Positions 36,875 to 48,274 of a stretch of DNA of 64,000 nt are shown one piece after another. The DNA is taken from the NCBI GenBank assembly GCA_904063045.1, contig CAJFCJ010000007.1, forward strand, positions 3,541,404 through 3,605,403. The letters run 5' to 3'. The stretch is from Dimorphilus gyrociliatus (lineage: Eukaryota > Animalia > Annelida). Every line of letters begins with the position of its first letter. The stretch's first letter is position 1. The position numbers were made by a program, and so were the translations under genes. The notes under the pieces are model-generated. The model did not search any database. It worked only from the letters and a program-made list of their open reading frames with translations, and was not told where the DNA came from.

Positions 36875-39485
36875 AAAGATTAACTACATAATATAATCGG
36901 TAGTCTCCTTATTCTATTCTCTTTGAATTTTAATCAAATTCTGCCTTGTGTATATGTCTATTATACTCATTTCGGTTGTACATATAAGTTTAAGTTGTGT
37001 CCATTAAAAAAAATATAAAACATATAAAAAAAGAGCCATATATAAAGAGTTCGAAAGAAGGCAAACCAATAAACAAAAATCACTCAATTCGTTTAAATAG
37101 TCTTAGTAGTTTTTGTTTAGTGAAAGTACTACTTTCTTCTCTCGCTTTTTTTTGTTATTATTATACATTTTACATTGTTTAAGCCTATTGTACTTTATAT
37201 ACTGATATAGCCTTAAAAAATGGAAAAATAACCATATATAGTAAAACTTACAGAACTTTCGACACCAGGAAAACGTTGCGATAAACTGCGGTTTGTAACT
37301 CGTATTTCGGCCGTTTCGTGCTCTTCAGCGTGCCTTGCTATATCCATGTGACTATGTAGGTGACAAAAAACAAGGAGAATTGTATTATAGATATGAAAAT
37401 ATTAAATAGATTAGACAATTAAAAATTTGCTGATAAATGTTAATATTTTGTTCTATAAATAACAAAATGTTACGTAATAATAATAATGATATAAATAGTT
37501 ATTGAATAATAAACTTACTCTGTTATATGAGCCCACCACTTTTCTCTAATTTGAGGATATTTGAAAGTTATAACAAAATTAATTGTCGGCCATCCGATAA
37601 CAAACGATAAGTAGCGTTTGCATAAGCTTGAATCGCATACTTCGTTTATTGATTCCCCTATCCAGATAAAGTTTAGCGGAATTTGTTGTTTTATCCTTAA
37701 CCTAAAGCACAGTACGTTTATATAAAAATTTAGTACGTATCAATATATTTTTATAAGATTATTACTAAAAAAGATCCTAATTAATATTCATAAACCACTA
37801 TAAGCAGTCTATTTAAATATCGGAGAGTTGAGTGAAAAGAGATAGTGAGAGATTTTTATAGAGAAAAGATAACTACTGTTCAATTTTTATAGACCTATAG
37901 GGTTAGAGAAAGTACTCAATAACCTTTCCATAACGTTTATGTTTGCATATTAGTATACAGTATATGGAAGATACACGATTTTAAGTTAAAACCTTACTAT
38001 TTATATATTAATACTAATATATAGCTTTTGATTGAAATTGACTAAACACTTATGAATTTTTTGAACGAAACTAGTACTTACCTATTTTTATCTGCTTTCG
38101 CTACTATTAACATGTCATTGAAAAGGCCGATATGCCTTTCTTTAGTTTGCATACCCTGTGCGTTTTGTGAACAGTTCTTTTAAATAAGAATTGATAAATT
38201 AAGATTCTTTTAATAAATAAGAGAAAATAAAATAGCATAGTATGTTTATACTTACACTCGAAACAAGTACTTCTCCCTGTTCTAGTACAAGTTGCCTTTT
38301 TGAATTTTCCGGTTTAATTTGATCGGCGTTCTTCTTTAGGGTCAGTTGATAGCTTTTTGAATTTAGTGACGTTGTACTATTTGTAGTACTTGGTGGGGCT
38401 GATTTACGTCTATGCGTAATGACTTTTCTATTAAGTTTTCCATTATCAGAATGACGAGTTTCAACCTCTCCCGATCTCGTATCGACAACAGTGCTTAGCA
38501 TCTAAAATATAATTAACACAAAATTATTAATTCTTTTACGATTATCCTTAAGATAAGGGAAGGATAATAAAAAACTCACATCAGATAAAAATCTTTTGGA
38601 GACGGCTAAATCTTCATATTCTTTGCAGTTTGTAGGCGTATTATCCAACAATCGTCCGACAACTTCTTCGTATTCGGCAGCTCTTTGTATCTATTTTAAA
38701 GTCAAGCGATAACGTAACAAAATAAAACTAGTTTCTAATTAATATCATTTAAAAATACTGATTATCTAATAAAATACGAATAACATCCAACCTCTATAGG
38801 CTTATACACACACACACATATATATATATATAATATAGATAGATAGATAGATAATTTATATATGATATATATATATAAGTATTTATGAATATATTCAACC
38901 CTTCATTCAGTATACAATATACAGAAAATGTGGCACGTTTAGCCGAGTGTTAGGCAAACACGTTCGCCAAAAAGAATAATATAAAAATAATAACAATAAC
39001 ACTCTTTCCATTGAAGTATGAAGAAAAAATCTGGGTCATTAATTATACTAATCGTTCTCTTACGCATTCCATTCTAATCTTATTAAACTGTGCTATATTT
39101 TATGCAATACATAATAAATTATTGCATTAAGATGAATTATAATTAGATTAAAAAAACTAATTAATTATTCAAAAAGTTATTTCTAAATATGCAAATTAGT
39201 TAAATTTAATTTAAATATTTTAAAAAAAGGTAAAATAAAAAAAACAACCAACTTTTACTGACGAAGACCTAGGTAACGTTACTGCAGAACCCATTCAATT
39301 AAAATAAAGAGAGAGGTAAGGGGAGAAAAATGAAAAAAAGTCAGCGTTTATGTCTAATTTACTCCATTCATTGAAATCGTAAAAAAGTTTGCTTAAAGGC
39401 TCTCGACCTGAGATTTTTACAGGCCTCTATCTGTTTACACATAATGACGTATGTCCACATTGAGAAAAGAAAAAAAAATCATGTA

Positions 39486-39518
<33 letters not shown>

Positions 39519-41153
39519 CAGAGGTATGAATGGCGTGTGTGTGTAAGAGAGAGAGAGAGAGAGAGAGGGAGAAAGAAAGACAGATAGATAAGCAATCAAA
39601 GAATAATGCAGTATCACACCGTATTTATTTGTATACTAATATATATATATAAATTTTACCACTACGTCTCAAAATCTACTATATTTCTTACGTAATTGAG
39701 TATAGTCTTCTTTGTTTATTTTTCAACTTGATCGATTAATCTCCCATGAAATTGTTCATACAAAGATCGATTATATACCTAAATTAGTCATTTGTAAATA
39801 ATTGAGTCTCTGTTGTTAAGCCATAAGTAAAAAAATGTTTTATAACTTAATCTTAAAAAGGTTGCTAATCACTTTTTTTAAACTGATAAGCTAAAAATAT
39901 TTAAATATTAGCTTTATATATCCTTTATACAGTACGGAGATAATAGATAATCACCGGTTATCTCTGTCTTTTTTTTAACTATTAAATATTCATTTTTTTT
40001 CAGACCAAAACAGACAAGCGTGTTATCATCTTATCAAAGAATTTATACTCACTGGAAGGTATATAAGATAGGCGAATGAATATCCCTGAGATTTTTGTAA
40101 AGTTCTGCAAAAATTAACGAATTCTACGTCCTTCAGAGAATTTCTATAGTAGATCCTTTAAGACACAAAGCAATTAATTATAGTTTATTAAATAGATAAG
40201 GTTCAATTTACCTTTGAACGGATGGATATCTTTGAAAGTAGATTGAATACGCTTCTTGAATATCGTTGAGGAATAACTGAGCGACTTTTGTTGATGCGGT
40301 ATCGTAGAACGAAACGAATAGCTCGATCTGTGTGAGAGTTTAGTATTATTTGTTACGTAGGCCTTAGAATATTCTGTTATTAAATAGGGTCTTTTTTAGT
40401 TTGTTGTATAACGACGTAAGGGAGACAAGTATTGCTTATATTGTTGTCAAAGATTATAATTAAAAGAATACCGTCTTTATTACATTGCGGTACTTATTGA
40501 CTAATTCCAAACAGCTTTTTGTATATACTTATAAAGAAATTCCAGTATTGATTTTATATATATATGATATCAATTTTTCTATACAACCATGAGAAAATTG
40601 AAAATTAGTAAATAATGAAAATTATACACCTGTATGACGCCATCTAGTTGATAATGGTCTTAAAACTTGTATGGTATGCATGTATAACAATAGGCTATAT
40701 ATACAATTCCCTATGTGCGTATAAACAACTTTGTTTACAAAGATATTAGTAGATTTATTTACCTTTCGAATCAATCTTTCACTTAGGGATAATAAAGGGT
40801 CAATTCCGGCACATAATTCGAGATAATCTTCTCTTGGCATGGAAGAAAATTTCCTTAGCGGTTCAGCGTAATATTCCTTAAATATATGTAATTCATCCAA
40901 GTATTCCTTTTCGGACGTAAATAGATCGATAAGAATATTCTTATTTGACCATACTTTATCTATTATACAGAAGAATAAGGGGAGGAGGAGAAGAGGGGAA
41001 GATAGAAAAAAAGAAAAAATTTTAGACCCTTTTAAAACTCATCTTTGAATGTTAAAGAATAGAAAAAAACATTATACCTTTGACAGGTAAACAATCGTCG
41101 ACCTCTTTTCTAACCGTCGTAAAACTTTTCGATTTACGAAGTTTTGTCTTCAT
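33755..41153 (-). CDS. ARHGAP20: ARHGAP20-like Rho GTPase-activating protein with an N-terminal DH (RhoGEF) domain: DH-PH-RA-RhoGAP. Exons include 41153-41078, 40959-40763, 40327-40212, 40143-40053, 38690-38580, ~38501-38253, ~38168-38082, ~37691-37520, ~37351-37252, ~36650-36571, ~36329-36152, 35889-33755
   Basis: The PH domain (KERHIGLFNDMLIVAK...SFVIGWPTINFVITF) and RA domain (YSLWV...YPLIGHERPFAIK) match ARHGAP20 as I recall it. The RhoGAP domain is LFGQPL...EGIVRK...VLKEYLKQLP...NQMITKNVATAIAPSL. All listed exons join in frame through GT-AG sites. Confidence 0.85.
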
Positions 41154-42030
41154 TGTATAACTTTCTACTCTCTTTTCTCTTCTCTCATTCACAATATTAT
41201 CTTCTCTTTACCGTCTTCTTCGTCTTTTTTCAATGTTATCAGTTTTATAATCCAATAAAAAAATACCGAGTGGAAAAGGTGAAAAATGAGTAGATGATTA
41301 CGATGATTGGTTGTGAGCAGACGAAGAGCACAAAGTCAAATAACAATATCAAAATAGGATAGTAGTGTAGTAGTAGAAAAATATCCTGAATTGAAATGCA
41401 AAATAAGAGAAACTTTCACTCTCTGTTGTTCTCTATCACACTGTCTCTGTATATATAACTATCCGTCACTGTCTCCCTCTATTTTTAATACTATTAATGT
41501 AGCCTTTAGCGTTTTAATTAGTATCGTAATTGAAGCAGCTGAATCAGTCGTATCAGAGAAATACTGTTAACGTACAACAATATAAGGCGATTCTCCATCA
41601 CCATTCATGCGGCACGATTCCAAGCGTTCAAATGATTCACTTACCAATTCTATTTTCCCTTCAAACAAGTTTTTTTTTCTTCTATTTTTTTTTGTTAAAG
41701 TTTATATCGATTGTTCAAGCCGAGGTGCTTTTGTCATTTAAAATATTCAGCCGATTGGTCTATTCAAAAGAGATGCATTGTAAAAATTTCTCAGCATTTA
41801 AACAATACTGACAATACGGTTTTAAAGTCATACTATTCTTTCCATGAATAGGTGTTTGATACTGAATGGATAGTGTCAAACTGTTTGAACAATAGAAAGA
41901 GAACCCTTCAAATTTCTTGCTAATGCGTTTAGCTATTCTTTTGTTCTTGTAGCTATTGGCTTATCCAAAAATTAAATATTCATGTTTATTAATTAGTCAC
42001 TAATGAATAATTCATCATTATAACTGAATG

Positions 42031-42067
<37 letters not shown>

Positions 42068-42160
42068 TATATAAATTTATCTTGTAAACATATGATTAAC
42101 GCATTGTTATAAATAAGTCTTATTATTGTAGAACAAAGGGGGCGGAAGTGGATTATATTT

Positions 42161-45100
42161 TTAAGGCCTTTCACTTCTAGGTCTCTTCACCTCAACTGTA
42201 ACACCGTCCATTTCTACTTTTTTACTCTTCTGTTCGCGATCTTCCCCTACAATTCTCTGCTTGTGCTCATCTTCCCATCGTTTCTGTTCCATTCTAACGC
42301 TCTTCTTTTGCTTTTCGGACATTTCTGTCCTTCTCTCGTCCAAAAGATGATTCACAATATCGTATATATCGTCTAATTTAGCGTCTCTTTCGTCAATGTC
42401 TACTTTAGTTAGAGCCATTGCTCGATTAATGGGGAAAAAATCAAAATTACCTCCCGATATCTAATTAAAAAGTGTTTTTAATGACAGAAATTTATTAATT
42501 TAGCGACTTAGAAATCAATTACAAACCTGATTATAAACATATAATTCCGTGTTTGTTAGATCGTTTTCGTCCGTTTCTCTAAGATGTATAAAATAGAATA
42601 TATAGGCCCACAGGTTATGCTCCTCTTTAACGTGATGTTCAAAAGTTGTAGAAGAGTTAGCAAACTCGTAACTCTGTCTACCGCAAATAAAGCAAAATGT
42701 TCTCATGTCTTGTTCCGCTTTCCACTAGTAGAGAAAATTAATTAATCAATTAATTAATTAATTAGACAGTTAGTTTATTGAATACCTTTAAATCCCTTAG
42801 TTCAGAAAATGTGTCGAGTATTATACCAAATATTATATTTAGCCCTATGGTTGTTATGATAATGTGAAAGATAATATGATAAGCGAATGTTGGACCGGCA
42901 GTTTGTATGTTAATTTCATCGGCATGTCTTGGTCTGAGATGTTCAGTTAATTCACCAATAAAACCAAATCTAATTATCGACAGTGTACATTGAGCTAAAT
43001 TTCGGCAGAAAAGATTTATGTCGCTATTTGGACTCATTTGCGATCTTAAGAATGCAAAGGCAACCAATGCAAACATATACATAATAAATATACCCAACAA
43101 GGCAACCAATAGCAGGGATCGACCTAAAGAAAATTAAGTGAATTATATAGGATATATTAATACAAATAACTATAATAACTGTTAAGAATAGATTAAAAAT
43201 AAAATGGCCAACAATGTATGAATGATTAGAAATAAAGGTGTTTCAAGGGGCGGGAGAAAAAGGGGGTGGAATCTTTAGATATTATTATTTATTGTTGTTG
43301 TTATAAATATCCTATTTTTCTTTTAAATCTCCCTATTTTGAAAGGGTGTGGTGTTTTCGTAGAAGTAAAAAAGAGCAAGCTATTATTTACCATTTCTAGT
43401 AACTGCTTCAATAACTCTCTGTAGCAATGGATTCCATAGTACTATATTAACTAGATGAAAGGCGAAAAAATAACCGTAGAATACAGTTCCGCATATTGAA
43501 AATGCCAAAAATGCTGTATAATATACTAGTTTAAAGCTGAATATATCGACTTCTAACAGAGATTGATGGGGTGGTTTCTCTTTTCTGTTATGTAACCTAT
43601 TTGTTAAGACAAAACAAACATTAAAATGATTGTTAAGATAGGAATAAATGTCCATTTTGTATAGTTTAATTACCCAATTTGGTACTTTAATCCGGCTACA
43701 GTTGGTAAACGTATTTGGTTGGATAGAAAGAAGGAGACAAAGACGAGTAAAGATAATAGATTGTGCACTCCTCCTAAAGCGTATATAACTATTTCAACCC
43801 ATTTGTCACGTACAGGAACAGGACTATATAAGTATATTTAATTAATAAAATCACTGATAAAAACTATAAGGTCAAGTATTCAAGTACTACTTACTCTGAT
43901 ATACCAATTGGTAGAGGTAAAGTTGGATCTGTTTCGTCATAGCTATTTCCAAGGAAACCTGCTGCTTTCCAAGTACTCAGCATAATAACGTTAATTATCA
44001 ATGAAACCAGTACACATAATTTATTCCAAACGAACCAGTTATTTATCAAAAAGGATGCAAAAGAAAAAGATTGCATCTTTCGTTGATAATAGATATCGTT
44101 TATTATATCCTTTGACCAATCCATTAACTCCCTGATTTTGTTCGATTGTGTATCTCTATTGATGTTCCATTTCAATTTCTCTTGCACCTCTTCCCTAAGG
44201 ACATTCTGTCAAATAGTAAAGAAAAATAAGGGTATTATTAAATGATAAGATATTTTAATTATAGCTCCAACCCTGTCTTTAACTCGAAATCTCGCTTTCT
44301 GTAAATTATCATCTTTAAGTATCTCAATACTTTCCGATTCTTTTGAATAAACTTGCCAAGCATCTTTCTTATAAGGAATTTGAATTTCCCTTTGAATTGC
44401 TAAACAAAAACATTGTTAAAGTATTAATTCTTCAATAAATATCTGCTAGATGGAATCTTGTTACCTTTAATTCTAAGGATTTCTTCAATTCTTTGAACGA
44501 TAAAGTAATATTTAAATCCGACTTCCAAATGTTCCTCCTTTTCATCCTGAGTCATTTTCTTCTTTTTCACTTTAACCTTACCAACCTCTTCGTCCAGAAT
44601 ACCTTTCTATTTTTTCGGAAAGAACAACACGGTTATTATTAAATATTATAATTCAAAGGTAATGAAAGATACTAACAGATGCTCTATATGAACAAACGGC
44701 GACTACTTCCAGTATCTCTTTATCCAGAGTTTCAGCAATTTCCTAAAAAGTAAGATATATTATACAAGACAAAGATAGAGATAGAGATTTTGAGATTATA
44801 ATCATCGTCTTCTCATTGAAACATACCTTAACTAACTCCTTTGTCGTTTCATGATTCTCTTCAATCATAGACATGATTAACTCTCCAATAATAGTTCTTA
44901 TAGCAATCGTTCTCTTATGGCCAAATTCTTTATATTTACCAGAACGTAATATATGATTTACAAAATCAACTATATTATTCGAATATATTACGTGATGGTT
45001 ATGTTCGTTACCCTATTGAAGTAATTTACGAATAATTGTAATTCATTAACTAATTAATTAATTAATTTATGCAAATATATTTCATTTTTTTTGTTGCTTA

Positions 45101-48100
45101 TTTACCGATGAGAATTCATTTAGGGTTGAGAAACACTGAATAATTAGGTCGATATTATTTTCATCAATAGCCGAATAAAGCATATTTAAAAAACTTGTAG
45201 TTTGAGCAATAAGATTAGCTGATTTAATGTTATCTTCTTGTTCTCTTAAGTAATTCTATTTAAATATTGAATTAATATTTATCATTTTAATATTCAATAA
45301 TGGTATTTTGTTAAAATTAATTAATTACTTGTAAAACTCTATTCTGTCCATCGCACATCCAAGCTAGCACCCTTAGCACCAATTCAATGTGTCCATCGTC
45401 TTTAATTTCAATATTTGTAACCTCACTTATAAGTTCGTGGTCAGCCTGTTCAGCGTCAAGGCTATCTGTATCATTCGTTGGTTTCTAACCAAATCGAATA
45501 AGCGCAAAATTAAAAATTCTCTTTATTCAAATAAATCATTAAATGAATAAATTGTAAAGAGATGTGCAGTGTTTATAGAAGCCAAGCAGTCATTTCAATA
45601 TAGAACAGCCATATTTTAGAAACAGAATTTGTAGATCAATTATTACCCATCTATTCTTTTGATAATCTTCGTCAGAGATTTCAAATATATCTAGAGTAGA
45701 TTGATAGACTTCCGGTTCCTCTATAGGAGCTGGACCAACTTTACTCAATCGTTTTTTTATCGAAGAGAAGCGTATCATTTCGAAATGATTACTTCCTTCG
45801 TTTGTAGTATCATTGCTCTCCCTTAACTTTTTTAGTATTTTAGGAATGAAATAAAGAAAAGATTGTTAATTGAAGCGTTAGATTTACAGTATATTAGTAC
45901 AGCGACTTTTTTAAATAAACTTACAGTCGTAATCTGTGTTTTTTGAAAGAAAATGATAAGTGAAATATACGTTGGAGAAGAGGGGTGGGAAGTGGGAAAA
46001 GGAAGAAGAAGAAGAAGAAGATTATATAACTAATAAAGAGGAAAAAGGCTTTGACATACCCCTGGTAATTCTTTCAGTTTTTGGGTACCCATCTTCAATG
46101 TTGTTGCTGTTTTCTTTTGTTCCCTGAGTTTCTCTTCACATTGGGCAGCCAATAGACGTCTAGATATAAGTTTCGTTAATCACATGTTCGTATGATAACA
46201 CTTAATAATTACCTTTCCCTAATTGTTATCATAGACTTTTGAATTTTATCTTTAATACAAAAAAAGAAAATCTCTTCTCTCGTATTCAAGAAATTATCTT
46301 CAAAAGCTGCTTGAGTAGATGGTGAACCGCTAAACAATAAGACAGATAAAAAGCACAAGTATTCTCTGCTAAGATCTTCATTTGATCTTTCCAAATGTTT
46401 GAGAGTCTTTGTTAAAGCACCTAATTTATTCAATTCATATTGAGTTTTGAAAATAATATCCAATTGATCTTTATGCTTTAATGGATTATCTTTCCAATTC
46501 TCTGGTAATTTTCTCTCTTCATTATGAATAATTCCTCTTAAGATTTGTAGGGCCCTTAAATCTAATCTTTCGATTTCGGGTTGAGACCTTTCCGAAGCTT
46601 TCATTTTATTCGCAGAAATACTGTTTATAATTTAACAATCGGATTAAATAAATTAATTCCCACTAATCCTGATTAATCTCTACACTACTTACAATAAATG
46701 ATCGATGAGCTTTGAAGTTCTTGAAAATTTCAATGACCAATCACTGGTAGAGTTATCAATGAAACAATGAATTAACAACTGAAATTCTTCGCCAAGAGGC
46801 AATTCTTCATCTCCGGCCACGGTAGTGTATTCTAAAGATTATATTAATACAACTTATAGTTATATTAGAAAATAGTAAGACGTAATGGAAAAGAGGATTC
46901 AACCTCTATTGGATGGATAGTCTAGTTGGTTTTCAACAGTGTTCTTTCCTTCCGTTAACTTTTTACAATTTAGAGCAAAAGCGTTTAACAACTTGTTCGT
47001 CTCTTGTTCATCTCTGTAATGTCTTCTATAAAGCTACAAATAGATATTCCGTTTACTTTCGTAATTAATACTTTAGAAAGGATATTATTGAACCTCTCTA
47101 GAGTCGTTTGATGCCATTTGCACTTCATCTACCATTCTTTTGTCCATAAAAGCGGCCAGTTGCTAATGTATAGTTTAATATAATTAATTATAGATAATCT
47201 CTTATTAAAAAGTCAAATTAGTTACTTCATTAGGTGCTTGAGATTTTTCAAAAACTGTTGCCAAACAACTCAATAAAACATCTCTATGATTCTTATTTGA
47301 CAAACAATCGTATATCGCATCGGTAAACTTCTATTTAATTCGTAATAGAGGAGATAAATTATCATTAATTAGAATATTACATGGTATAAAACTAGGTTAA
47401 AAGATAAAAAATAACGAACCAATAGTCCTTGGGTTAACTCATTTACAAGATTTATAGATATTCTCCTCTCAGCCGAGTAGATTTCGGAAAAGTAGATCTA
47501 TTAGTTAAAGTAAAATAAATGAATAAAAGAATTCCTTATAAATTAATAATTTACCTTCAAAAATGTCAGTACACCGTCAAAGAGATAATGACAACTTGCA
47601 TAGGCATAGTTATACTGGGGATCACCACCTTCCGGAAGTGCGCTAATCATTTTATATAAATACTTAGTATCAAAAAAATAATAGTAATAATTATAATAAA
47701 CGAAACAGACATAGAGAATAGCACTTCAAAACAAAATGAAACTAGTTTTATAACTAATTTATGATGTAATACTCATGCATAAAAACAAACAAACAAACAA
47801 TAAAAACTATAGAAAAGAGAGCGTCTTCTATATAGATTTTTATTCTTTTTTAGTGAACTTTAAACCATAAAAAGGCTAAGGTCCAAATTATAAAAGAGTA
47901 TAAGTGAATAAAATACTAATTAATCAAGGTAAAAAAAAGAGGGAATAGGTAAAAAAAAAGATGATAACCCAGTGGAAAAACAAACAAATTCATTTTAAAG
48001 ATAATAATCATAATCATCATAATCATCATCATCGTCGTCATCATCGTCGTCATTATTATTAAGCATAAATCTATAATCTTTATAACATTGACTTGATTGA

Positions 48101-48236
48101 TTTGATTGATTAATTTGATTGATTGATTTGTGGTTTATTTTTGAATAAATTAGACCTACTCTAACTAACCTTGTTAGAACTGCGCTGTTTTATTTTAAGG
48201 GTTTTTTTTTGTTTTTTTAAAAAAAAAATTAGTTTT

Positions 48237-48274
<38 letters not shown>

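Noticed and set aside
39660-39779. Segment after a good acceptor in the DH intron that resembled the missing DH helix (…EDYTQL)
   Set aside because: All three frames contain stops. The real continuation (IQRAAEY…) is at 38690-38580.
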